A model generated the notes under the pieces. The model was not told the origin of the DNA. It made no database searches and worked only from the letters and a program-made list of their open reading frames with translations. Shown here piece by piece: positions 35,821-45,072 of a stretch of 64,000 nucleotides of DNA. Each line of letters begins with the position of its first letter. Within the stretch, counting starts at the first letter, position 1. The DNA comes from Candidatus Tayloriibacteriota bacterium (GTDB lineage Bacteria; Patescibacteriota; Minisyncoccia; Phycocordibacterales; PALSA-1337), in the NCBI GenBank assembly GCA_903857825.1, contig CAIOGI010000010.1, positions 46,542-110,541 of the forward strand. Direction: 5' to 3'. The translations under genes and the position numbers were made by a program.

Positions 35821-36918
35821 TTATATTCTAAACTCCATCACATCCCCATCTTTCACTATATATTCCTTCCCTTCTGTCCTTAGCAACCCTTTCTCCCTTG
35901 CAGCACCAAAAGATCCTGACTCTATCAACTTATCCCATTCTATAACTTCAGCTCGTATAAATTTATCCTTAAAGTCTCCATGAATAGCCGTTCCTGCTTC
36001 TGGTGCTGTCCAACCACGTCCAATAGTCCATGCGCGAGTTTCCTTTTCACCAGTTGTAAAATATGTAATCAAATTCAAAAGCTCATAACCTTTCTTTATT
36101 AAGTCATCAATACCATCATCCTTAGCGCCCAGTCCTTCTCGTAACTCCTTTTTTTCACTGTCATCAATATCTTTTAGCTCATGCTCTATACCAGCATCAA
36201 CTATGACCCACTTGGCTTTGTTTTCATCAAAAAAATTCATTAGAGCTTGATATCTTTCGTCTTTAATTTCATCAAGGTTCTTTCCTCCTGCTTTTTTATT
36301 CAAAATATACATGAAAGGCTTAGAAGTAAGCAGGTGTAGAGACTTTATAAATGGTTTTTCAAACTCATCTGCAATCACAGTAGAAGCTAGTCTTCCCGCA
36401 TCAAGAGCTGTCTTTATTTTCTCAAGCAAACCATTTTCGATAATTGCCTCCTTTTTTGCTTGTTGTATTTCTCTTCCGAGATTTGAAAGACGCTTCGTGA
36501 CAGTTTGTAGGTCAGCAAGTATAAGCTCAAGGTTAATAACTTCAATGTCCTTCAATGGATTAATCTTTCCATCAACGTGGATAATATTGTCATCTTCAAA
36601 AATACGAACCACTTCTGCGATAGCATCAGTCTCGCGAATATTTGTTAAAAATTGATTACCAAGACCTTCACCATCAGAGGCACCTTTCACGAGTCCAGCA
36701 ATATCTACGAACTCTACAACAGCCGGTACAGTCTTTTGTGTCTTAGAAAAGTCAGAAAGCTTGTATAGTCTATCATCAGGAACAGCCACAACACCCACAG
36801 ACGGGTCAATAGTTGCAAAAGGATAATTAGCAACAAGTACACTCTTTTTTGTAAGAGCGTTGAATAATGTACTTTTCCCCACGTTTGGTAAACCTACAAT
36901 TCCAATTGAAAGTGACAT
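35821..36918 (-). CDS. ychF: ribosome-binding ATPase YchF
   Basis: [49 protein letters not shown] domain. Confidence 0.98.
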   Translation of the reverse strand: MSLSIGIVGLPNVGKSTLFNALTKKSVLVANYPFATIDPSVGVVAVPDDRLYKLSDFSKTQKTVPAVVEFVDIAGLVKGASDGEGLGNQFLTNIRETDAIAEVVRIFEDDNIIHVDGKINPLKDIEVINLELILADLQTVTKRLSNLGREIQQAKKEAIIENGLLEKIKTALDAGRLASTVIADEFEKPFIKSLHLLTSKPFMYILNKKAGGKNLDEIKDERYQALMNFFDENKAKWVIVDAGIEHELKDIDDSEKKELREGLGAKDDGIDDLIKKGYELLNLITYFTTGEKETRAWTIGRGWTAPEAGTAIHGDFKDKFIRAEVIEWDKLIESGSFGAAREKGLLRTEGKEYIVKDGDVMEFRI

Positions 36919-36972
36919 ACTAGAAATCTAACATGAAATAAGTCAAAATAAAAGTTAATTATATTATTTAAA

Positions 36973-37362
36973 CTATTCGGCTAACTTTTTCTTTATTTTC
37001 TCAATCACCTGCTCTAGCTTAACTTCAGACTTAATATAATATTCAAATGATTCATGATCATTTATCTCTGCCATTTGCATAGCTAAGAACAGATGATCTA
37101 TATCATTTACATTTGTCAAAATAATGAAATGTGCTTTTTTACCCCATTCGTCCTTTCGTAGTTCTTTCAACATCGCCAAACCATTCATTTTTGGCATTAA
37201 AATATCAACTAAAATTAAATCTGGATGCTCCTTTAATGAAATATTTAAACCTTCTTCACCATTTTTTGCATCAAAAACCGTAAAACCTTCGTTTTTCAAC
37301 TTTATATGCAATGCATTTCTTAGAGACTGATCATCTTCTGTAATTAGTACAATTTTTTTCAT
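36973..37362 (-). CDS. single-domain response regulator
   Basis: TEDD...LILVDILMPKMNG...ILTN. Confidence 0.9.
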   Translation of the reverse strand: MKKIVLITEDDQSLRNALHIKLKNEGFTVFDAKNGEEGLNISLKEHPDLILVDILMPKMNGLAMLKELRKDEWGKKAHFIILTNVNDIDHLFLAMQMAEINDHESFEYYIKSEVKLEQVIEKIKKKLAE

Positions 37363-37363
37363 A

Positions 37364-37747
37364 TTATTTTATGTTTGAAAGAGTTGATAATACTTTCTCG
37401 AGAACAGTATCGATTTTCCAATCTGTTTTCACTAAATAATCTATAATGCCAAGCTTTTTTGCTTCTTCTAATCTTGATGAATCGCTAAGATTACTCAACA
37501 TTATAATTTTAGAATTTTTTCCCCATTCATCATTTCTCAATCTAGTTAATACCTCTATACCATCCATTTTAGGCATTATTATGTCCAATAAAATTAGATC
37601 TGGATGTTGTTCTAATGCTATCTTAAGACCTTCCTCCCCATTCCTTGCTTCTATACATGAGAAATTTTGTCCACTAAATTTTTCTCTCATTATTTTCATC
37701 AATGATGATTCATCTTCGATTATTAACACTCTTTTTATATTATTCAT
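37364..37747 (-). CDS. single-domain response regulator
   Basis: IEDE...LILLDIIMPKMDG...MLSN...YLVK. Confidence 0.92.
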   Translation of the reverse strand: MNNIKRVLIIEDESSLMKIMREKFSGQNFSCIEARNGEEGLKIALEQHPDLILLDIIMPKMDGIEVLTRLRNDEWGKNSKIIMLSNLSDSSRLEEAKKLGIIDYLVKTDWKIDTVLEKVLSTLSNIK

Positions 37748-37756
37748 ATTTTTTAA

Positions 37757-38251
37757 TTATAAAGTGGTTATTATATCTACTAAACCATTTTTAAGATTGA
37801 AGGTAATCGCTTTTCCTGAATTACCACCCGTGTCTTCATTGTCTATTCTTATACCATTTTTTTTAAGCTGGTTCCTGGCGGATTCTATATTTTGGAAGCC
37901 AATACCATTTTTATCACCCATCAACTTTCTAAACATAGAAGCACCTCCAACAAGCTTAGCTTCCATATTCTCTATTTTAGCACCTATTTTTTTTAAACCG
38001 TATATCAGATTATCCACAGATTCATCGGCATATTTACCAGAGGTATTATGTGGGCTGAAATCAACAGAACCTAATTCAACTTTTTGACTATCTCTTCTCG
38101 TTGGTAGCATGGAATGCGCTAGACCTCCTATTTTAGCCTCCTTATCGTATATACATATAACTATACAGGACCCTATACTACCTGTCCTTATAATTTTATC
38201 ATCTCTTTCTACAATCAATTCACCAGTTTTTATTTGAATTTCATTTTCCAT
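37757..38251 (-). CDS. cheD: chemoreceptor glutamine deamidase CheD
   Basis: IGSCIVICIYD...GGLAHSMLP...KYAD...AKLVGGASMF...EDTGG. Confidence 0.95.
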   Translation of the reverse strand: MENEIQIKTGELIVERDDKIIRTGSIGSCIVICIYDKEAKIGGLAHSMLPTRRDSQKVELGSVDFSPHNTSGKYADESVDNLIYGLKKIGAKIENMEAKLVGGASMFRKLMGDKNGIGFQNIESARNQLKKNGIRIDNEDTGGNSGKAITFNLKNGLVDIITTL

Positions 38252-38259
38252 TAAGAATA

Positions 38260-38877
38260 TTACTTAATTTTAATTTTTATCATTTCAAGTATCTTTGAAC
38301 TAGAAACTGGATCAAAAAGATAAAAGAAATCGCCTTCCATATTTTCTTCTTTTATATCTAGTTTAACCTTAAATACCAAGATATCTCCACTAACTGAACC
38401 CATTTCAGCAAGAACACTATCTAGCACCGCTCCAGATCTATCTATTGATATATCTGGAATTGAATGTATCAAATTTAAATTTAAAAATTTATTTATAGCT
38501 GTAATAGAAGCACCCAAAAGAATATTGCCCATTTCCTGCAATGCTGATTTATCATTTTCACTAATTCCTTCTACATTATCATTTTTTGAATTATTTAAAA
38601 TACTTATAAAATTTAATGCACTCTTTGGAGAAAGTATCATTACCATTGCACCTTTAAATTCACCTGTAAACTTTAGAAAAGTTGCAATGACTTTTTCATC
38701 ACTTTTTCCTATTATTCTCTGTACCTCCTCTATTCCACCTGTATATGATTCTGGGACTGTCATTGTGACTTTTTTCCCAATCATTGTAGAAAGTGCTGTG
38801 GAAGCGTTACCTATTCCTATGTTGGTAATCTCTTTTAATTGATCATTCTCTTCCTCAGTTAATATTTGTTTAATCAT
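38260..38877 (-). CDS. cheC: CheY-P phosphatase CheC
   Basis: Two ExxN motifs (LKEITNIG.GNASTALS; SALQEMGNIL). Confidence 0.93.
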   Translation of the reverse strand: MIKQILTEEENDQLKEITNIGIGNASTALSTMIGKKVTMTVPESYTGGIEEVQRIIGKSDEKVIATFLKFTGEFKGAMVMILSPKSALNFISILNNSKNDNVEGISENDKSALQEMGNILLGASITAINKFLNLNLIHSIPDISIDRSGAVLDSVLAEMGSVSGDILVFKVKLDIKEENMEGDFFYLFDPVSSSKILEMIKIKIK

Positions 38878-38905
38878 ATAAGTTTATTAATATTATAATC
38901 AAATT

Positions 38906-40621
38906 CTACAAAAAGCTAGTTGCATCTAAAATCAAAATAGTATCTCCATCTCCCAATATTGTAGAGCCAGAGAAGCCTTTTGCACCTTTTAATACTGATG
39001 GTAATGGTCTTACAATAATTTCCTCTTCGCCAATGAGCTTATCTATTATCAAACCAGCTGTTTCATTACCTTTTTCTATTAAAACTGCAAGTCTTTTTTT
39101 ATCTTGAGTATTTGAATTTTCGACTGAAATTGAAAGTATTTTTTTTAAAGATATAAGAGGAATATCATTACCATCTATTACAGCCATATCTGTTTCAGCA
39201 ACACTTTTAATATCGGAATTATCAATATATACAGAACGAATAATACTTGAAAAGGGAATTGCAAAAGTCGAATTATTTATTTTAACCAATAAAACTTTTA
39301 TAATAGCGAGTGTTAAAGGTAAATTTAATGTAAATCTAGTACCACCATTATTATTTACGGGAGAAACAACTTCAATATCGCCACCTATTTGATCCACAAA
39401 TTCCTTAATAACGCTAGTTCCAACTCCCCTTCCTGAAGTTTCAGTCACGCTATCATTTGTTGATAATCTAGGATTATATAGTAAATCCTTCTCTAAAATC
39501 GGTTGCCAGATACTTTGAGGATTCATTTCAATTGAAGACAAGTATTCATTACTTTTTTCTGCATTAATTATTTCTCTTTTGAGAGCTGCATTTACTAATT
39601 CTTTCCATCTTATACCAAAGCCATTATCCTCAATAATGATAGAAGCATGGTCCTTACTATGCTTGGCTTCAAGTCTAATAATTCCTTTTTCTTGAATGCC
39701 ATGATCAACTGCATTTCTCAATAAATGCCCTAGTGGTTCTGCAAGCTTATCGATTATACTTCTATCCATTTCTATATCTTCTCCAGTGATGATAAGGTCA
39801 ATTTCCTTATTTGACTTGTTTGCTAAATCACGAATCATTCTAGGAAATCTAGCAAAGATTTGTCCTGCTGGAACAAGTCTTGATTGCATTACCGAATATT
39901 GTAAATTAGAAATTAATAAGTTTAAATGTTCTACTGCAGGTTTTAATGAGCTTAGTATATCCTCTTTATTTAAAAATGATGAATTTTCAATTTTTGAATC
40001 TAAAATGGAATTTAATCTCATCTTCTCTGCTAATAATTCTTCACTGAGGTCCATTAAACTATCTAACCTTTTTATAGGAACCTTTACATGAGAAATATTT
40101 TCAGTCTCATTAGATTTTATTTTATAAACAGGAATGTCTGTTTCTTTTTTTATACTTTCATCCTTTTTTATATCTTGGACCTTTTTTACTTTAACCATCT
40201 CATCTGTTTTTGTACCAAATAATTCTTTTATTCTTAGTGAGTAACTCTCCAAATCAGATTCTATATTGTTATCTTTAATATTCCTTAAAGATTCAGAAAG
40301 CATATCAACAGACTCGAATATAACTTCGAAGGTATCTACTGATATTTTAGATATTCCATTTCTTACATTATCAAAAACATCTTCTAGAACATGTGTTAAA
40401 AAAGCCATTTTTGTATAGCCCATTGTTGCCGAGGAACTTTTCAATGTATGTGCAGAGCGCATAAGTGAATCAAAAACTTCTCTATACTTTTTCTCATCAA
40501 CTTGATCACCTGCCTGTTTTTGCTTTAAAAGTTTTTCTCCAAGTAAAAGATTTTCATTAATTTTTTGTAAATTATCTTCTACTTCACTTATAAAAATATC
40601 TTTAAACTTGTTTATGTCCAT
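38906..40621 (-). CDS. cheA: chemotaxis histidine kinase CheA (apparently no P2 domain)
   Basis: Hpt RSAHTLKSSS, HLLRNAVDHGI, SGRGVG, C-terminal CheW-like P5. Confidence 0.96.
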   Translation of the reverse strand: MDINKFKDIFISEVEDNLQKINENLLLGEKLLKQKQAGDQVDEKKYREVFDSLMRSAHTLKSSSATMGYTKMAFLTHVLEDVFDNVRNGISKISVDTFEVIFESVDMLSESLRNIKDNNIESDLESYSLRIKELFGTKTDEMVKVKKVQDIKKDESIKKETDIPVYKIKSNETENISHVKVPIKRLDSLMDLSEELLAEKMRLNSILDSKIENSSFLNKEDILSSLKPAVEHLNLLISNLQYSVMQSRLVPAGQIFARFPRMIRDLANKSNKEIDLIITGEDIEMDRSIIDKLAEPLGHLLRNAVDHGIQEKGIIRLEAKHSKDHASIIIEDNGFGIRWKELVNAALKREIINAEKSNEYLSSIEMNPQSIWQPILEKDLLYNPRLSTNDSVTETSGRGVGTSVIKEFVDQIGGDIEVVSPVNNNGGTRFTLNLPLTLAIIKVLLVKINNSTFAIPFSSIIRSVYIDNSDIKSVAETDMAVIDGNDIPLISLKKILSISVENSNTQDKKRLAVLIEKGNETAGLIIDKLIGEEEIIVRPLPSVLKGAKGFSGSTILGDGDTILILDATSFL

Positions 40622-40626
40622 TATGA

Positions 40627-41670
40627 TTATTTTACCAGACTTATTATACGATTAGAAATTTCTTTTGGTGTCAAGATTTCATCTGCCAATCCTTCATCAA
40701 TTATTGCCTTAGGCATAGAATCTATCACTGTAGTCTCTGGAGTTTGAGCTATTATTATACCACCAGCTTGCTTTATTTTCCTTGCACCTAGAAGACCATC
40801 ATTACCCATACCGCTTAAAATAATACCAACAACTTTATCTTTATAAACTTTTACCACAGATTCCATTACAAAATTAATACAAGGTCTTGCACCACCATAA
40901 CTACTTTTTTTATTTAATTTTAATCTTTTACTTTCTAACATCTCAAATTCAAAATCGGTTGGAACAACATATACTCTCTTTGTAATCATATAGTCACCAT
41001 CCTTTGCTTCTACAACTTGCAAAGGACTTATCTTATTTAAACGTTCTGCAAACTTGGGTATAAAATATGCTGGCATATGCTGTACTACAATAATAGTAGA
41101 GAGAAGATCATTTGGAAGTAATCTAATAATGTCTTCAACTATAGGAGGACCTCCGGTAGATGAACCTATAACTATTACTTTTTCAGAAAGAACCAGTGAG
41201 TCTTTTTTTGTTTCTGATACTTTGTGTATACCTTTAGAGTAAACTTTTACATTTGCCAGTGAAGCAACGTGCACCTTTAATATAATCTCATCTTTAATTG
41301 AATCAATATCTATAGATATTTCCCCTGAAGGTTTAGTAATAAAGTCAATTGCTCCAGCTCTAAGGCTATCTAATACAATATCAGAACCGGCTAATGCATG
41401 AGCTGATATCATTATTATTGAGGGCTTCTTAAGATTAGAAAAAGAAAAAATCTCAGTTATTGTATCAATACCATTTCTATCTGGAAGATTATAATCCATA
41501 GTTATCACGTCTGGTGATAATTGTTTACTTTTTACCACTGCCTCATCGCTATTTTGTGCCGTACCAACAACTTCTATCTGATTATCAGATTCCAAAATCT
41601 CCCTCAAGAGTTTCCTCATGAAAAAAGAATCGTCAACAACTAAGACGCGAATTTTATTTTTTAGAGACAT
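40627..41670 (-). CDS. cheB: chemotaxis methylesterase/deamidase CheB
   Basis: REC domain + GSSTGGP, VQHMP, LSGMGNDG catalytic motifs. Confidence 0.97.
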   Translation of the reverse strand: MSLKNKIRVLVVDDSFFMRKLLREILESDNQIEVVGTAQNSDEAVVKSKQLSPDVITMDYNLPDRNGIDTITEIFSFSNLKKPSIIMISAHALAGSDIVLDSLRAGAIDFITKPSGEISIDIDSIKDEIILKVHVASLANVKVYSKGIHKVSETKKDSLVLSEKVIVIGSSTGGPPIVEDIIRLLPNDLLSTIIVVQHMPAYFIPKFAERLNKISPLQVVEAKDGDYMITKRVYVVPTDFEFEMLESKRLKLNKKSSYGGARPCINFVMESVVKVYKDKVVGIILSGMGNDGLLGARKIKQAGGIIIAQTPETTVIDSMPKAIIDEGLADEILTPKEISNRIISLVK

Positions 41671-41683
41671 TTTGTCTTACATA

Positions 41684-42046
41684 TTATCCTAATATCTTCA
41701 GTATCTCGTCTTCAACCTGACGATTATCAAATGGCTTAACAAGATAACCTTTTGCTCCAAGCTTCATAGCTTCTTCTATTATCTTTTCCTGACCTACAGC
41801 GCTAATCATGATTACTTTTGTACTTGTACCTATCTCCTTTAGAACATCCATTCCCCCTTTTTCAGGCATTATAATATCCATTAAAACTAAATCAGGTTTT
41901 TCAGAACTAATCTTCTCGATCGCCTCATTACCATTTGCTGCTTCAATAAAGTTTTTACATCCTACATTTTCAAGAATATTCTTTAGAACTGTTCTCATGA
42001 AAGCAGAGTCGTCAACTATAAGTATTTTTTGAGTTATTGTATTCAT
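41684..42046 (-). CDS. cheY: chemotaxis response regulator CheY
   Basis: VDDSAFMR...MDIIMP...MISAVGQ...YLVKPF; lies between cheC and cheB. Confidence 0.9.
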   Translation of the reverse strand: MNTITQKILIVDDSAFMRTVLKNILENVGCKNFIEAANGNEAIEKISSEKPDLVLMDIIMPEKGGMDVLKEIGTSTKVIMISAVGQEKIIEEAMKLGAKGYLVKPFDNRQVEDEILKILG

Positions 42047-42049
42047 TTT

Positions 42050-42637
42050 TTATTTATAAATTTCTATTAATTTTGCAATGTTCTTATTGAAAAGAATATA
42101 GAGCTGAGCGTTTATCTGATGTTTTGCTATTTTTAGTACAGTCTTAAAGACCAAGACACTATCTCCATTATCAATATTTTTACCCTTAAGATCTAGTATA
42201 ATATTTTCTATATTACTTGCAGTCATCATATATGGCTCCCCAAACATCAGATTCATCTCGGTATTCTTTGATAGATAATTTAAATATGAATTTGATAAAA
42301 TATTTAATGTTTCCTTTACGGCTGATTTATCGAGATCCATAAGTACTCCAGTAGTTCCAATTTCCTTTTGATTTAGCAAATCTACAAGAGTTAGGGCAAC
42401 CTCTCTAGGCATGAGCAGCATAGAAACACCCTCGGAATTACCAATTGTCTGCGTATATGTAATAATAGCTTGCTCATGTCCATCTTTTAAACTATTAATT
42501 AAAAAGTCATATGACATCACTTCTAGGACGGCAGTTTCAACACTTACATTTTCTCTTGATAGTTTTGAAAAAGCACGAGAGACCTCTTCACTACCATTTT
42601 TAGCAACTTTTTCTAAGAGTTCTTTTGAAAAAATCAT
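42050..42637 (-). CDS. CheC-like protein (first active motif degenerate)
   Basis: SRAFSKL...DKSAVKETLNILSNSYL. Confidence 0.8.
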   Translation of the reverse strand: MIFSKELLEKVAKNGSEEVSRAFSKLSRENVSVETAVLEVMSYDFLINSLKDGHEQAIITYTQTIGNSEGVSMLLMPREVALTLVDLLNQKEIGTTGVLMDLDKSAVKETLNILSNSYLNYLSKNTEMNLMFGEPYMMTASNIENIILDLKGKNIDNGDSVLVFKTVLKIAKHQINAQLYILFNKNIAKLIEIYK

Positions 42638-42646
42638 AATATATAA

Positions 42647-43204
42647 TTAATTATTCGCCTTAATAACAGAACCTAATGTTAATAAATCCTTATCTGACAA
42701 TAACTTCATTAAGTTTAACATGATAATTATTCTCGAGCTAGTTCCATCTTTACCCTCAAGAACTACCACACCATCAATATATTCTGCATGAATTTTATTT
42801 GATATAAGCTCGGGAGCTGTCTTTATATTTGTGACTGGAACATGCAAAACCTCTTTAACTCTATCGACAACAACACCAAAATCATTATTTTCTACTTCTG
42901 TAATAATAATATGCTTAGGACTAAGTTTATTGTTGCGTGAAAAGTTAAAACGTTTTTCCAAATCAACTGTAACAATTATCTTGCCTCTGAGATTGAATAT
43001 TCCCCTTATAAATTCAGGCGAATTTGGTATTGGTGTTATATTAGGAATATTAATAATCTCTCTAAGATCATTAATTTTCAATGCATATTCTTCATTATCT
43101 AATTCAAAAACAACTATTTGAATCTGCTCAATAATCTCCTTATTATTTTTATTGTTATTCGTACTTACACTATGAATTATATTTTGTATGTTTTCATCAT
43201 TCAT
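42647..43204 (-). CDS. cheW: chemotaxis coupling protein CheW
   Basis: VVFEL..EEYAL...ITPIPNSPEFIRGIFNLRGKII...GVVVDRV. Confidence 0.96.
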   Translation of the reverse strand: MNDENIQNIIHSVSTNNNKNNKEIIEQIQIVVFELDNEEYALKINDLREIINIPNITPIPNSPEFIRGIFNLRGKIIVTVDLEKRFNFSRNNKLSPKHIIITEVENNDFGVVVDRVKEVLHVPVTNIKTAPELISNKIHAEYIDGVVVLEGKDGTSSRIIIMLNLMKLLSDKDLLTLGSVIKANN

Positions 43205-43220
43205 ATATTGTAATAATTAA

Positions 43221-45008
43221 TTATTCTTTTTTATCATCTTGTATTTTGACATCAGATATCTTTTTTGACTTTATAGCATTGCTTAATGAACTATGAACTA
43301 TTGTTTTTTGATTTTTAACAACTCCAGCAAGTACCTGTAGGTCTAGTGATAATGCTTCTAGTTGTTGCGCTGATGCTGCTATTTGCTGATTTGCAGCACT
43401 TTCTTGTTGAGTAGAAGCGGAGAGTTGCTGTGCTCCTGAAGAGTTTTGTTCTGCAACCGCAGCGATAGAGTCCATAGTTTTTGCAATTTGCTTTATTGAT
43501 GCAGCTTGTTGCTGTATAGCTGCTGCCACTTCTTGAATTTTACTAGAGACTTCTTGAGTTGATTTGAAGGTTCCAGTCATTGATGTGTCTATTTGATTTA
43601 CAATATTTCTAATCTCCCCAGCAGAAACCGATGATGTTTCTGCCAACTTTCTAACTTCGTCTGCAACAACAGCGAAACCTCTACCAGCTTCTCCTGCTCT
43701 AGCTGCTTCTATAGCTGCATTGAGGGCCAACATATTCGTTTGCTCGGCTATAGTCGTGATTGTTTGTACCATTTGGCCTATTTTTTCTGCATCTTGCCCA
43801 GTTTTCTGCATTAGTTGAGAGGAATTTGATGCTGCTGATGAAACCTCTTGTGCAGATGCTGACATTTGTTGTATTGCTGCTGACATTTGAGAAATGGCTT
43901 GTGATATTTCCTCAGCTTGTTTGGATTGTTGTGTAGCTCCTGATGCCACTTGTTGAGATATAGAAGCATTCTGCTGTGATGAAGCAGATGATTGTTGTGA
44001 TGTTGCGGATAGTTGAGTGGCTGCATTACTTAATTGCTCGACTATTTTTCTAATAGGTCTCTTTATGAATTCACCCATTGATTTTGATGCAAAAATTGAT
44101 ACCAATGCAACAAGAACCAAAGTAATAAATAGTATAAATAAAATAATATTAAGTAACTGGGCAGTTGAAGCAAATGCTTCATTGCTATTTATTTCTGAAA
44201 CTATACACCAATTTTTACCTAAACTATTTTTTACATGAGTATTTGAATAACTACCGACAACCTCATTGCCCATATAATCAGTTGTAATGCCAGAAAATTC
44301 TGTACCCGCCAAGCAATCTGCAACGGCCCTGGATGAATTTTTGGTCTTTAGAATTGCATCATTAATATATTTTGAATTAGTAATGAAATAACCATCACTA
44401 TTAATAATATATGTTTCTTTTGTCTTTAGTTCACCAGTATACTTTACAACATCAGATAATCTACTATTCTTCGATCGAGCAGCGATAACTCCGACAAATT
44501 CACCTGTTTTTGTATATATTGGAGCAGAAACAACATATCCAATTTCATTTGTTGTTTCTGATAAATATGTATCCTTCAAATATGCTTTTTTCGTGAGAAA
44601 TGGCTTACTAAATAATAAATCGTCGTATTTATTCAAACCAACATTTTTTAACTCTGTAGATGCAACAATTTTACCAGATGAATTCATTAAAAATATCTCA
44701 AAAAAATTTGAATTATCAGCAAATATTTTATCAATGCTGGAATTGATTACCGCTAAATTTGTCAAATTAAGAAATGCATCGTTATGAGCCAGAATATCAA
44801 TCATGCCCAGTTCGCCATTAAAAAATATTGTCGTAATATGTTCTAATTCTTCAGAAGTGAATTTTGCAGTATCGACTGTCTTTGTCTGAAGTGCTTTTTG
44901 TGAGGAGTTGTAACTCAAGTAACTGATTACTAGAGTTGGTATAAGACCTATAAACAAAAACCAACCTAAGAAACGACCAGTTAGACCTAAATTTTTAAAT
45001 GACTTCAT
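43221..45008 (-). CDS. methyl-accepting chemotaxis protein with Cache sensor region
   Basis: Two TMs, Cache-like periplasmic region, hairpin tip [38 protein letters not shown]. Confidence 0.96.
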   Translation of the reverse strand: MKSFKNLGLTGRFLGWFLFIGLIPTLVISYLSYNSSQKALQTKTVDTAKFTSEELEHITTIFFNGELGMIDILAHNDAFLNLTNLAVINSSIDKIFADNSNFFEIFLMNSSGKIVASTELKNVGLNKYDDLLFSKPFLTKKAYLKDTYLSETTNEIGYVVSAPIYTKTGEFVGVIAARSKNSRLSDVVKYTGELKTKETYIINSDGYFITNSKYINDAILKTKNSSRAVADCLAGTEFSGITTDYMGNEVVGSYSNTHVKNSLGKNWCIVSEINSNEAFASTAQLLNIILFILFITLVLVALVSIFASKSMGEFIKRPIRKIVEQLSNAATQLSATSQQSSASSQQNASISQQVASGATQQSKQAEEISQAISQMSAAIQQMSASAQEVSSAASNSSQLMQKTGQDAEKIGQMVQTITTIAEQTNMLALNAAIEAARAGEAGRGFAVVADEVRKLAETSSVSAGEIRNIVNQIDTSMTGTFKSTQEVSSKIQEVAAAIQQQAASIKQIAKTMDSIAAVAEQNSSGAQQLSASTQQESAANQQIAASAQQLEALSLDLQVLAGVVKNQKTIVHSSLSNAIKSKKISDVKIQDDKKE

Positions 45009-45072
45009 TTCAATGATATTTAATAAATAATAATATTTAATATTAACTCAATTATTATAACACATTCTTATT

